This document shows positions 40,531 through 50,769 of a stretch of DNA of 64,000 nt, in pieces (positions within the stretch are counted from its first letter, which is position 1; each line of letters starts with the position of its first letter). Origin of the DNA: Acidobacteriota bacterium (GTDB lineage: Bacteria > Acidobacteriota > UBA890 > WLXD01). The position numbers were made by a program, and so were the translations under genes. The DNA lies in assembly GCA_963666055.2 (NCBI GenBank), contig CAXWPH010000015.1:672001-736000 (forward strand), written 5' to 3'. Below the pieces are notes generated by a model that saw only the letters and a list, made by a program, of their open reading frames with translations, ran no database searches and had not been told where the DNA came from.

Positions 40531-40998
40531 GAGAACCGCCCCTACGGCCCTTCGTGAACCGATCTGACCACCGACCACCGGCTTGGCAGTGTGAGCCGCC
40601 TAATTGTGCCCGCTATCGGTCCCCACCGACAGCCGAAGTCGAATGCGCTTGGCGGTTGTTAGGTAGTCGCTACTGGCGCCGCGCGTAGGCGACCAGCGCG
40701 TCGCCGATAGCAGTGCCGGCGCCGCCATGGCCACCGGCCTTCGCCCGTAGCGCCACCAGCTAGCCCTCGCCGGATAGCCTCCCGCAGGATCGGCGGCCGG
40801 CGCATCCGCGTCGACACTATCGGCCTTTTGTCGCGAGGGTCGAAACACATCGACGTTGACTGGTAATCTATGTATACACGTCGAAGCTGATGGACGGCGA
40901 GTGATTCTCTGCTCGCTTGCTCAAGTTGAGCGAACAGTGCCGATGGTCGGCGCCACACCCGTACCCAGCAGCATTCGCAATTGCAAGGAAGAGCAGTA

Positions 40999-41199
40999 AT
41001 GGCCGAAGGCACCGTAAAGTGGTTCAACGACACCAAAGGCTTCGGGTTCATCGCGCAGGAGGGTGGCGAAGACGTCTTCGTTCACCAGACCGCGATCACC
41101 ATGGAAGGTCACCGGACCCTCATGGAGAACCAGAAGGTCGAGTTCGACATCCAGCAAGGCCCCAAAGGGCTACAGGCTGCGAACGTCCGCCTTCTGTAG
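40999..41199 (+). CDS. cspA: Cold-shock protein (CspA family)
   Basis: [30 protein letters not shown]. Confidence 0.95.
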   Translation: MAEGTVKWFNDTKGFGFIAQEGGEDVFVHQTAITMEGHRTLMENQKVEFDIQQGPKGLQAANVRLL

Positions 41200-41252
41200 A
41201 TAGCCTTACCGCCGCCTCGAGCAAATAACACCGCTCGGGATGGCAGGTATTG

Positions 41253-41294
41253 CGGCGCCGTCCCGCTCCCGTGCGGGACGGCGCCGTTTATTTT
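41253..41294 (+). terminator. Intrinsic terminator after csp
   Basis: Perfect 14-bp GC stem CGGCGCCGTCCCGC/GCGGGACGGCGCCG, 6-nt loop, followed by TTTATTTT. Confidence 0.85.
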
Positions 41295-41311
41295 GGGGCC
41301 TTCGGCACCGG

Positions 41312-41845
41312 CTAGCCGGCGCTGCGAGTTAGCCCCGGATCTGCCTTCGAATGATCCTGTATTCCCTTCGCCAACAGATATGCGCCGACGGCGAGCGGAA
41401 ACACCGGCCACCAGGTCTGGATCCAATCGAGCGAGAAGCCAAACAGCGTGTTCGACAGCGCCACGATGCCGAACAGCATCAATATGGCCCCCCCAACGAT
41501 CGAGCCACCCGTTGCCGGCATCTGGAAGTTCTCTGGCAACTCGATGATCTCGGTGCCGGTCGCCGCGTGGTTGTAGAGGGCCGCGAGGCGACCGGCATCG
41601 ATGACGTTGAACAGCCAGAAGAAGAACGTCGCCATGCCAGGGATCGGCTCGAGATTCCTGGGCGCGTTGTTGGTCACGACCACGAGCATCAAGAACACGG
41701 CGGCCATCAGGAAGCCACGCGTGTAGTAGCCGATGTAGATCTGACCGAGGCCGGGGGCCGCGGACAGAAACGCCGCCGTGCGTGGGGACTTCTGGCGTGG
41801 ATCGAATAGCTGTCGCTGCTCAAACTGAGGTGCCGATTCTTCCAT
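41312..41845 (-). CDS. Membrane protein (TM2-like N-part, LiaF/DUF5668-like C-terminal TM part), third gene of ECF operon
   Basis: KSPRTAAFLSAAPGLGQIY; GGAILMLFG...WWPVFPLAVG. Confidence 0.65.
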   Translation of the reverse strand: MEESAPQFEQRQLFDPRQKSPRTAAFLSAAPGLGQIYIGYYTRGFLMAAVFLMLVVVTNNAPRNLEPIPGMATFFFWLFNVIDAGRLAALYNHAATGTEIIELPENFQMPATGGSIVGGAILMLFGIVALSNTLFGFSLDWIQTWWPVFPLAVGAYLLAKGIQDHSKADPGLTRSAG

Positions 41846-42713
41846 CGTCGTGCTCTCTCGTCGGGCCACCGGAATCAATCAGCCCGAGCGCCCGACGACG
41901 CAAACGATGCAGCGATTCGATGGCGGGTTCCACGTGGTCTCGCCAAGACCTGGCGATCCGTTCTTCGCTGGCGCGACGCCAGCACTGCGCAATGTCGGCC
42001 AGGTCAGTCGGAGCTCTGGCCGGCGATTCACAAACGTCGATATAGGTAGCAAGCCAATGCCCGGACTCCGTCCACGTACGGCGACCGGCTGCTGCCAGCT
42101 CGAGGGTGCCCGCAGTTACCGCGTGCCTCACGTCGGCGCCCTGCTGCCCGAGCCCGGTCAGCAGACGCGCTGGCACCTCGGCGAGTGGAGCGCCGGGGAA
42201 TCCGACCACCAAGAACAGTGCCAACGTCCCCGCGTAGGCGCCCTCCAGCGCGAGCCGCGGCCGCCGCACGAAGCGATCCCAGAGCGAGCGCTGCTGCGGT
42301 GCCCGCGTCGTAGCCGCCATCACCTCGTCGACGAAGTCGCCGCCGGGGAGGACCTCCGCCCACAACGGCAACTGGCGCTGTAAGCGCTCGAGCGCCCGCG
42401 CCAGGGTGCGGCACTCCGGGCAGTTCTCGAGGTGGAGCTCCAACGCCTCATCTACCTCGTACAGGGCCGCGCCGGCGCGTGTGGCGCTGAGATGCTGCGC
42501 GCGGATGCACGCACTGCCGGAGGTCGCCGCCAAGATCGATGCCGTCAGGCCAATCGGTTCGACGGCAGCTGTACGGCCCCGCAGCGCCGCTGCCTGCAAC
42601 TCTCGACAGGCTCGGCAGCTGGACGCATGGGCACGCATCGGCTCACTGCCGGCAGCGTCGAGGTTGCCTTCGAGCTGCTCGAACAGCGCTTCTGCGAACC
42701 GCGCACAGTCCAT
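41820..42713 (-). CDS. Zinc-finger (zf-HC2/ZAS) anti-sigma factor
   Basis: Two HxxxCxxC motifs (HASSCRAC, HLENCPEC), one TM helix, directly after the ECF sigma gene. Confidence 0.82.
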   Translation of the reverse strand: MDCARFAEALFEQLEGNLDAAGSEPMRAHASSCRACRELQAAALRGRTAAVEPIGLTASILAATSGSACIRAQHLSATRAGAALYEVDEALELHLENCPECRTLARALERLQRQLPLWAEVLPGGDFVDEVMAATTRAPQQRSLWDRFVRRPRLALEGAYAGTLALFLVVGFPGAPLAEVPARLLTGLGQQGADVRHAVTAGTLELAAAGRRTWTESGHWLATYIDVCESPARAPTDLADIAQCWRRASEERIARSWRDHVEPAIESLHRLRRRALGLIDSGGPTREHDDGRIGTSV

Positions 42714-42716
42714 TGC

Positions 42717-43322
42717 TCAGACTCCGAACGACGGGTCGAGCTCGAGCATGCGGCGCGCCAGCTCGAGTCGGGCCCGATTAGCTCGCGCCTTGACGGTGCC
42801 AAGCGGAATCGACAACAGGTCGGAAATCTCACGCTGTTTGAGCCCCTGAATCTCTTTCAGCAGGATCATCTCCCGATTGATGGGGCTCATCTGGTCAATC
42901 GCCAGGCGCATCGTCGCTTGACGCTCACCCGCGATGTTGGCGGCCTCCGGCCCGGGCGACGGGTCGGGACCCGCCAAATGTTCGTCGACCGGCGCCCCAT
43001 CTAGCGCCGGTCGCGCCTTCAAGTGACGTAGCCGATCGATGCTGGCGTTGCGCGTTATTCGGACCGCCCATGCGCCGAAGCTGCCTCCCCGATCGAAGCT
43101 CGCGAGGCCCCTGTAGATGTGGACGAACGCTTCTTGAGCAACGTCGCGCGCTTCTTCACGGTCGCGAAGGTAGTGGTATGCCACGGCAAACACCCGTCCC
43201 TGAAATTGGCGCACCAGTGCTTCCCAAGCGACCTCGTCGCCAGTCCGGCAGCGCGCTATCAGAGTCTCGAGTTCCAAGGAGTCCCTTTCGTCCTCGTCAG
43301 CGCCGACGCGTGTTGTCGCCAC
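42717..43322 (-). CDS. ECF sigma-70 factor
   Basis: AWEALVRQFQ, ARDVAQEAF, WAVRITRNASID, GLKQREIS...LGTVKARANRAR. GTG 43322 preferred because the TTG at 43346 abuts the predicted -10 element. Confidence 0.92.
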   Translation of the reverse strand: MATTRVGADEDERDSLELETLIARCRTGDEVAWEALVRQFQGRVFAVAYHYLRDREEARDVAQEAFVHIYRGLASFDRGGSFGAWAVRITRNASIDRLRHLKARPALDGAPVDEHLAGPDPSPGPEAANIAGERQATMRLAIDQMSPINREMILLKEIQGLKQREISDLLSIPLGTVKARANRARLELARRMLELDPSFGV

Positions 43323-43346
43323 AGCGCCGTCGCTTCTCAGCAGCAA

Positions 43347-43372
43347 TAACGTCCGCGTTGCGAAAAGGTTCG
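43347..43372 (-). promoter_or_regulatory. Putative autoregulatory ECF promoter
   Basis: Minus strand CGAAC-cttttcgcaacgcgga (16 nt, T-tract)-CGTTA fits the AAC-N16-CGT ECF consensus directly upstream of the sigma gene. Confidence 0.65.
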
Positions 43373-43594
43373 GTCGACAGCACCTGCGCGGAGCGATTCT
43401 CGATGGGTAGCCGAGGCTTGTCGTTCAGATCCCACCAATTCAGCTCGAGGCGAGGTGGAACGACCCAGCCGTGTACGCGCCGATCCAGCCGTTGTACGCT
43501 GCTCGTCGGCCAACGGACGACACGAAATAACGAGACCTTCGGACGCGGTCGCAGCATCGCGATCGAGACCGACCGTCCAGGAATCGGAGTGGTC

Positions 43595-44827
43595 ATGCGT
43601 CGAGCCCACGTTGCGCTCCTGCTGCTCGTCGTCGTTTCCATGGGAGCGGTGGCGCTCGCCATCGTACCGGCCGCGATGAACAATCCCTTCGAGGAGCAGA
43701 CCGCCGGGGCCATCGAGCGCCTGTATGTGCTGAAATCCTGGGCCCCAGCTGTCACGCTGGTGCTGGCCGTCGCTTGCCTGGGGCTTACCCATCGTGTCTG
43801 GGCGCTGTCCGCGTCCCGACCGGCGCGCGGCATCTCGCTGGCCGCCTTGATCCTGGCGGTAGCCGCGGCCTTCCTCGCTCGCGAGCAGCTGCTCGAGTGG
43901 ATGTTCGCACCATTGGAGACGATCCGTTTCGTCGCCCCGTCCGCGGCAACCCACGTGGCGAACGGTGACATGGTAATGGGCGTCGCGGTGGGGGGCGAGG
44001 CTCGCGCCTATCCGGTGCTGATGACCGCCTACTACCACATCGTCAACGACGAGCTCGCCGGCGAGCCCTACGTCGTCACCTACTGAGCGCTCTGCCACAC
44101 CGGTCTGGTGTGGCGATCACGGGTAAATGGCCGGACGCTGCAATTCCGGCTGGTCGGCATCAACAACCAGAACTTCATCATGCAGGACGAAGAAACCGGC
44201 ACCTGGTGGCAACAGATCACCGGCGAAGCACTGCACGGACCACTGGCGGGACAGCGGCTGGAACCCATGCCGTTCGAGATGGTGAGCCTGTCGATCTGGA
44301 GTAGCGAGCACCCCGGCACCGGCGTGCTTGCCGCCGAGCAGGACCGTCTTGATGACTATTCAACGCGGGATTGGGTCGCCAGCATGCAGGCCGACACTCC
44401 GGTGCCGGAGGGATTGGTGCCGGAGGGCGAATTGGCCCCACGGGCCCTGGTTGTCGGAGTCGAGATTAACGGCCGCGCTCAGGCTTACCCGCTCGACGTC
44501 CTGATCGCTCAGAATCCGATCGTCGACCGAATCGGCGACGTACCGCTACTTGTGTCGGTCGCCGGCGACAACCGATCCGTGCGCGTCTTCGACCGTCGTC
44601 TCGACGCGGTAGAGCTCGAGCTCTACGCACGTGCTGACGCGTCCCCTCCTTCGTTCGTCGACGCGGCGACCGGCTCCGAGTTCGATTTCAGAGGCGTGGG
44701 TGTCTCGGGTACGTATCAGGGCCGCGAGTTGAGCCGCATCTCGTCGATCACCGAGTTCTGGTTCGACTGGCGTAACTACAATCCCGACACCTGGGTGTAT
44801 CAGGCAGGAGGGCTGCCCGGGGGATAA
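43595..44827 (+). CDS. Membrane-anchored DUF3179 selenoprotein (Sec at TGA 44084-44086)
   Basis: EARAYP..YHIVNDELAGEPYVVTY-U-ALCHTG continues in frame into NFIMQDEETGTWWQQITGEALHGPL...FWFDW; SECIS hairpin follows the TGA. Confidence 0.88.
44094..44114 (+). promoter_or_regulatory. Bacterial SECIS element
   Basis: Perfect 8-bp stem GCCACACC/GGTGTGGC with loop GGTCT, whose first G lies 16 nt after the UGA. Confidence 0.82.
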
Positions 44828-44910
44828 GCGACCAGCGAGCCTCGATGTACTGCTATCCTCCCGTGCTGTGCCTCGTGGTCGGGGTCGAATTGATACTGCA
44901 GGAGGATTCG

Positions 44911-45408
44911 ATGTTCTCAAAGAAAGACGGTTTCGCACACACCGGGTGGATTGCTGGCATGGCGGTCTTGCCGCTGCTGATTTTGGCGATGGGCGGCTGT
45001 GGCGGTGCAGACGACAGCGCACCCGAGCCGGCCGAGCCGCCGCCGCCGGTCGAAGACACAAGCGTGGCGCCTAGAGCGTTCTTCGCTGAGCCCGCCGATG
45101 GCGCCACGGTTCAGGCACCGGTACATCTGGTGTTCGGCGCCGAGGGCTTCACCATCGAGCCCGCCGGTGACGAAACCGTCCACCAGGGAGCCGGCCACAT
45201 GCACATCGGCATCGACACCGAGTGCCTGCCTGCGGACACCATAATCCCGAAGGCCAGCCCATGGATCCACTTCGGCGATGGTTCCATGGAGATCGACGTG
45301 GATCTGACGCCGGGCGAGCACACGATCGCTCTACAGATCGGCGACGGCGAACATCGCACCCTCGACGAGCCGGGGCTCTGCAACGTGATCACGCTCAACG
45401 TCGAGTAA
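44911..45408 (+). CDS. DUF4399 family lipoprotein
   Basis: Lipobox AMGGC; FFAEPADGATV, GHMHIGID, IHFGDG, LTPGEHTIALQIGDGEH. Start 44911 or 44959. Confidence 0.8.
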   Translation: MFSKKDGFAHTGWIAGMAVLPLLILAMGGCGGADDSAPEPAEPPPPVEDTSVAPRAFFAEPADGATVQAPVHLVFGAEGFTIEPAGDETVHQGAGHMHIGIDTECLPADTIIPKASPWIHFGDGSMEIDVDLTPGEHTIALQIGDGEHRTLDEPGLCNVITLNVE

Positions 45409-45714
45409 GAACGCCCGAACACATTGCCCCGCACCGGCTTCCAAGACGCGAACGGAGCGCAACGAACCTGTGTCAACATCGCGTTGCTGGCCAGATTGGC
45501 ATTGTGGCTGGTGGATTGAGGCACCAGCTGCAGGCCTCGATGCCGGCGAAATCTGTCTTGTTCCTCTGGTGTTTTGGCCTTGAGCCTGTTAGATCAATAC
45601 GGGCCGAAGGTACCAGGAGATGGCTGCCAACGAACCATATGCGGACCTGCCGCTGCACGATGCCCCGTTGCATCGGTGATGCGGACGCGTTTGGCTGCAA
45701 CGAGGTGACTTTTT

Positions 45715-46362
45715 ATGTCTGAGGTGGAGATCATCACCGACGCTGATCCGCCCGTTTCGCGGCGGAACTTCATCAAGGGGGTAATCGCCAGCGGCGCTGC
45801 CGTGTCCTCCGCGGCATATCTGTTTCGTGGCGCCGGGACCGCCACTGCCCAGGGCACCGCCGGCGCCGTGGAGCGTCTCATCACGCTGACCGTCAACGGC
45901 CAGCAACGGAGAGTAGACATCCTGCCGCAGGAAACGCTCGCCATGACCCTGCGCTACAAACTCGGGCTTACCGGCACCAAGCTGGGCTGCGACCGCTCCG
46001 AGTGCGGCGCCTGTACGCTGCTGATCGACGGTGTGCCCCACTATTCGTGCTCGATACTCACCCACAGCGTGCGCGGGCGCGAGGTCGTCTCGATCGAGGG
46101 TCTCGCCAGCTCCTCCGGTGAGCTCCACCCGGTGCAGCAGGCGGTCGTCGACGGCGGCGGCTTCCAGTGCGCGTTCTGCGCTCCCGGCTTCATCATGAGC
46201 ATGGTGGCGCTGGTCGAACGGAACCCCGATCCCACTCGCGAGGAGGCCGCTCACGCGCTGTCTGGCAACCTTTGCCGGTGTTGCGACTACCACAAGATCC
46301 TCGACTGCACGATGGAGGCCGCTCGATACACGCGTGAGGGCGTGCCGGCGGTGGCAAACTGA
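45715..46362 (+). CDS. Xanthine dehydrogenase-family 2x[2Fe-2S] subunit with Tat signal (PaoA/YagT-like)
   Basis: SRRNFIK; GTKLGCDRSECGACT, FQCAFCAPG, GNLCRC. Confidence 0.93.
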   Translation: MSEVEIITDADPPVSRRNFIKGVIASGAAVSSAAYLFRGAGTATAQGTAGAVERLITLTVNGQQRRVDILPQETLAMTLRYKLGLTGTKLGCDRSECGACTLLIDGVPHYSCSILTHSVRGREVVSIEGLASSSGELHPVQQAVVDGGGFQCAFCAPGFIMSMVALVERNPDPTREEAAHALSGNLCRCCDYHKILDCTMEAARYTREGVPAVAN

Positions 46363-48776
46363 TGGCCGGTAAGTGGAAGCTCATTGGCGAAGACATCGCA
46401 CCGCCAGACCTGGTGGCGAAGATCACCGGCAAGGCGAAGTACGCGGAGGACTTCCGCGCTGAAGGCATGCTGTTCGCCAAGGTCCTGGCGAGCCCGATGC
46501 CACACGCTCGCGTGACTCGCATCGACGCCAGCGCGGCGCTGCGAATGCCTGGTGTGGAAGGCGTGATCACCGCCGAGGACCTGCCGCCCAGCGATAACCC
46601 CTACGCCGAGCGCGCCCTCACCATGGAGCCGCTTTACGAGGGCGAGGCAATCCTGGCAGTCGCGGCGGTCGATGAAACCACCGCCGCCGATGCCATCGAG
46701 CGCATCGAGATCGATTTTGAGCCACTGCCGTTCGTCGTGGATCCGCTCGACAGCCTGCGTCCTGGTGGCCCCGACGCTCGGGTAGACGGCAACAGCTTCG
46801 TGCGTGAGGAAGGTGAGACCCACCTACGCTCGATCAAGTGGAGCGCCGAGGCGTTCGAAAACGCCGGCGACGGGCTCGCCATGGGTGAGGTCAACGCCGA
46901 GTGGAAGGTGGGCGATATCGAAGAGGGCTTCTCGGACGCCGACTTCGTCCTCGACGAGACCATCGTCCACCAGTCGTTGACGCACCATCCGCTCGAGCCG
47001 CGCAGCTGCATGGCCTACTGGCAGAATGGCAAGCTGTACTTGCATGCATCGACGCAGAGCGCCATGCGCACCGCCGGCGCGGTGGCGCGTGGCGTCGGAA
47101 TCGACACCGACGACCTGGTGTTCGTGGCGGAATACTGTGGCGGGGGTTTCGGCAGCAAGATCTCCGGCACCGTCAACATGCCGATCCCGGCGCTGCTCGC
47201 ACGCAAGACCGGCAAGCCCGTCATGTATCGCGTTACCCGCGCGGAAGAAAACTACTTCGGCCGCGCGCGACCAGGTTTCCAGGCACGGGTGAAGATGGGC
47301 TGGCGGGCCGATGGCCGACTGACCGCCCTCGACCTGTTCATCGTCCAGGACAACGGACCGTACGGCCGTCAGAGCGATATGTTTACCGCCGGCACGATCG
47401 GATCTCTGGCCTACACGCCTCTGACCATGCGCTTCCGTGGCGTCTCGGTGCTCACCAACACCCCGCCTCGCTCAGCCCAGCGTGGGCCGGGCGGTGTGCA
47501 GGTCGTGGCGATGCTCGAGCCGCTGATGGATCGCGCCGCCCGTCAGCTCGGCATCGACCGGGTGGCGATGCGCCGCATCAACGCTGCCGACCGCAACACC
47601 AAGTTCGGGTCGGGCCAGGCGGCGTTGACCAGCGCCTTCGTTCGTGAGGCGATCGATCTGGGCGCCGAGCTCTTCGACTGGGAAGCAAAGAGCCGCATGA
47701 GCGGCCAGCGCAATGGCACCAAGGTAACCGGGGTCGGGGTGGCGGTAAGCCCGTTCGTCGGCGGCAGCATCGGCTTCGACGGCCTCGTGATCCTCAAGGA
47801 GGACGGCAAGCTCTACATCCACCAGGGTATCGGCAACCTCGGCACTCACTCGGTTGCCGATACCGCTCGCGCAGCTGCAGAAGTGCTGGACATGCCGTGG
47901 GAGCAGGTGGAGATCGTCTGGGGGAGCACCGCTCGCAACCTACCCTACAGCGCCGTCCAGGCCGGCAGTCAGACCACGCACGCCCACACGCGCGCCAACT
48001 ACGCCGCCGGGCTGGACGCCAAGCGCAAGCTGCAGGAGCTCGCGGCACGCGATCTCGGGGGCTCACCGGACGACTATGATGTCGGCGGCGGCCGCGTGTA
48101 CAACCGCGGGAACCGTTCTAGGTCGATGACGCTCGCCGCGGCAGCACGCCGCGCCGTGGTGCTCGGAGGCAGATACGACGGGCACGAGCTGCCGGAGGAC
48201 ATCAACGACGCGACGGTCAAATCGGCCACCGCGCTGGCCGGGCAGGGCCTGATGGGCGTGGCCAAGGACACGTTCCCGCGCGAGGGCTCGACGTTCACCT
48301 GGGTGATCGGCTTCGCCCGCGTCGAGATCGACGTCGAGACCGGTCACGCGGAAATCGTCGAGTACGTCGCCACGACCGACTGTGGAACCATGCTTCATCC
48401 ACGCAGCCTGGGGGCACAGATCTACGGCGGCAGCATTCAGGGCTTCGGCGTCGCCATGAGCCAGAAGTGGGTCTACGACCCGCAGTGGGGCGTGCCTTTC
48501 ACCAAGGGCTTCCATATGGCGAAGCCGCCGACAATGCTAGATGTGCCGCTCGATGTGCAATGGGCGGCGGTCAACGAGCCCGACCCCTACAACCCTGTCG
48601 GGTGCAAGGGCATTGGTGAACCGCCCGTCGGGGCTGGCGCCGGCGCCGTCGCCTGCGCCATCCAGGATGCGCTCGGGGCGGCCGCCTTCAACCGAACGCC
48701 GATTACTACCGAGATGATCATGGCTGAGCTCGAAGACATTCCGGCACCATTCCGCCAACCCACCGCCCACCTGTAG
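46362..48776 (+). CDS. Xanthine dehydrogenase-family molybdopterin-binding subunit
   Basis: KITGKAKYAED, SPMPHAR, LEPR, GGGFGSK, QIYGGSIQG, KGIGEPP. Confidence 0.93.
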   Translation: MAGKWKLIGEDIAPPDLVAKITGKAKYAEDFRAEGMLFAKVLASPMPHARVTRIDASAALRMPGVEGVITAEDLPPSDNPYAERALTMEPLYEGEAILAVAAVDETTAADAIERIEIDFEPLPFVVDPLDSLRPGGPDARVDGNSFVREEGETHLRSIKWSAEAFENAGDGLAMGEVNAEWKVGDIEEGFSDADFVLDETIVHQSLTHHPLEPRSCMAYWQNGKLYLHASTQSAMRTAGAVARGVGIDTDDLVFVAEYCGGGFGSKISGTVNMPIPALLARKTGKPVMYRVTRAEENYFGRARPGFQARVKMGWRADGRLTALDLFIVQDNGPYGRQSDMFTAGTIGSLAYTPLTMRFRGVSVLTNTPPRSAQRGPGGVQVVAMLEPLMDRAARQLGIDRVAMRRINAADRNTKFGSGQAALTSAFVREAIDLGAELFDWEAKSRMSGQRNGTKVTGVGVAVSPFVGGSIGFDGLVILKEDGKLYIHQGIGNLGTHSVADTARAAAEVLDMPWEQVEIVWGSTARNLPYSAVQAGSQTTHAHTRANYAAGLDAKRKLQELAARDLGGSPDDYDVGGGRVYNRGNRSRSMTLAAAARRAVVLGGRYDGHELPEDINDATVKSATALAGQGLMGVAKDTFPREGSTFTWVIGFARVEIDVETGHAEIVEYVATTDCGTMLHPRSLGAQIYGGSIQGFGVAMSQKWVYDPQWGVPFTKGFHMAKPPTMLDVPLDVQWAAVNEPDPYNPVGCKGIGEPPVGAGAGAVACAIQDALGAAAFNRTPITTEMIMAELEDIPAPFRQPTAHL

Positions 48777-48792
48777 GAAGGAGGAAGAGCCG

Positions 48793-49794
48793 ATGGCGAC
48801 GATTCGCGACATGATGCCGAGTTTCGACCTCTTTCAGCCGGCCAGCGTCGGCGACGCTGTCGCCTTGTTGGATCGCTACGGGTCCGACGCCTGGACACTG
48901 GGTGGCGGCCTCGACAGCTTCGAATGGCTCAAGGAGCGCATTCGCCGGCCGGCGGTAGTGGTTGACCTCGGATCCATCCCGGACCTGCGCGGCATTCGCG
49001 CGACCGACGACGGCATCGAGATCGGTGCGATGACGACGCTCACCGAGGTCGTTGGCGACGACGCCGTCAACGCCGACTTCGACCTCCTGGCCACCGCTGC
49101 TGTTGCCGTGGCGACGCCGCAGATCCGCAACCAGGGAACGCTGGGCGGCAACGTGGCGCAGGATGCGCGGTGCTGGTACTACCGTGGCGGCTGGCCGTGC
49201 TATCGGGCCGGCGGCAACATCTGCTACGCTGACACACCGACGTCGATCAACCGCGAGCACGCGCTGTTCGGCGCTGATCGCTGCGTGGCAGTGAACCAAT
49301 CCGACACCGCCCCGGCGCTGGTCGCTCTCGACGCCAAGATGGTGATCAACAACGCCTCGGGCGAGCGTGTCGTCGATGCCGAGGACTTCTTTCTCGGCCC
49401 GGGCGTCGACATCATGCGGATGACGGTGCTGGAGCCCAGCGATCTGTTGACCAGCATCCGTATCCCGGCAACTTGGGCGGGCGCGCGGTTCTACTTCGAG
49501 AAGGCGCGCGACCGACAGGCTTGGGACTTCCCACTCGTCAACATCGCCTCGGCGATGGAGGTCAGCGACGGCGTCATCCAACGCGCCCGCATCGTAGTGA
49601 ACGCGGTGTCGTGTGTCCCCATGAGGCTCCATACCGTCGAGCAGCAGATCCGCGGCGAACGGGTTAGCGAGGAGCTCGCCGAGGCAGCGGGTGAGGTAGC
49701 GGTCCAAGGTGCACGCCCGCTGGTGCACAACCGCTACAAGATCCCCTTGATGAGAAATCTCGTGAAGCGCGCCATTCGCGACGCTCAGGCCTGA
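48793..49794 (+). CDS. Xanthine dehydrogenase-family FAD subunit with [4Fe-4S] insert (PaoB/YagS-like)
   Basis: IGAMTTL, ATPQIRNQGTLGGN, C-X8-C-X7-C-X19-C insert, SDTAPALVAL, YKIPL. Confidence 0.92.
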   Translation: MATIRDMMPSFDLFQPASVGDAVALLDRYGSDAWTLGGGLDSFEWLKERIRRPAVVVDLGSIPDLRGIRATDDGIEIGAMTTLTEVVGDDAVNADFDLLATAAVAVATPQIRNQGTLGGNVAQDARCWYYRGGWPCYRAGGNICYADTPTSINREHALFGADRCVAVNQSDTAPALVALDAKMVINNASGERVVDAEDFFLGPGVDIMRMTVLEPSDLLTSIRIPATWAGARFYFEKARDRQAWDFPLVNIASAMEVSDGVIQRARIVVNAVSCVPMRLHTVEQQIRGERVSEELAEAAGEVAVQGARPLVHNRYKIPLMRNLVKRAIRDAQA

Positions 49795-49805
49795 GGGCGG
49801 CGCCA

Positions 49806-50663
49806 ATGGACTTCCTGCAGTGGGAGCAGAACCCGTGGGGCCAGGAGATTCTCGTTCGTATCTCCTGGAGCCTATTCTGGATTGCCCTCGTCGCCGGTGT
49901 TCTGTTCGTGGTCTCACACTTGATCTTCCGCGTCACACTCGTACCCAAGATCAAGGCCTCGGCAGCGGCGGCGAAAGACGTGACCACGAGCGCCGCGACT
50001 GATATACCGGAGCAAGTGCCGCGCCACTCGTCGGCGTCGCGGGGCTTCCACTGGGTGATGGCAGCGTCGATGTTCGTGCTGCTCATCACCGGGTTTGCGC
50101 CCATTGTCGGCATTCAGTTCGCGTGGGTGACGATTCACTGGATCGCCGGCTTGGCGCTCATCGGCTGTGTGCTGTTTCACATCGTGCATGCCACTGCGCG
50201 CGGCAACTGGCGATCGGTGTGGTTCGAAAGCACCGACGTCGAGGACGTGCGTCGTAGAATTCGCCGTGCCCTGGGGCGCCCGACAGAACAACCTGCCAAG
50301 GATCCGAAGTACGCCCTTCCCAACCGGCTCTACCACCACGCGGTGGTGGTCACGTCGGCCATGGCGATCGGAACAGGGCTGCTGATGTTGGTCCGGGTCG
50401 AGACGCCGTTCTTGGCGCGCAATCCGTACATGTTGGCCGAACAGACCTGGGGCTGGGTGTACGTCCTTCATGGTCTTGGCGCGGTCGGCCTGGTGACCCT
50501 TATCGTGACGCACGTTTACTTCGCCGTGCTGCCCGAGAAGCGCTGGATCACGAAGGCGATGGTGCGCGGCTGGATCCATCGCGATGAGTATCTCGAGCAC
50601 CACGATCCGGCGCGCTGGAGCATCGCCGGATCGAAACCCGGTAGCGATTCCGACGCTGCGTGA
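49806..50663 (+). CDS. Di-heme cytochrome b (FdnI/Ni-hydrogenase cytochrome b-like)
   Basis: RGFHWVMA..LLITG, TIHWIAG, KY motif, VLHGLG...THVYFA, MVRGW; five TM helices. Confidence 0.85.
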   Translation: MDFLQWEQNPWGQEILVRISWSLFWIALVAGVLFVVSHLIFRVTLVPKIKASAAAAKDVTTSAATDIPEQVPRHSSASRGFHWVMAASMFVLLITGFAPIVGIQFAWVTIHWIAGLALIGCVLFHIVHATARGNWRSVWFESTDVEDVRRRIRRALGRPTEQPAKDPKYALPNRLYHHAVVVTSAMAIGTGLLMLVRVETPFLARNPYMLAEQTWGWVYVLHGLGAVGLVTLIVTHVYFAVLPEKRWITKAMVRGWIHRDEYLEHHDPARWSIAGSKPGSDSDAA

Positions 50664-50769
50664 GCTCGTCGGCCGGTGGGGAACGCATGCGCCGTTTCGG
50701 TTGTATCGTTCTGCTTGCCAATACTCCTTCGCTTCGCCAATCTGAATCGCCAGCCTCCGCCTTCGGCCG

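Noticed and set aside
40850-40885. Sigma-70 promoter TTGACT…TATACA for csp
   Set aside because: The spacer is 11 bp rather than 16-18, so the promoter cannot be placed confidently.
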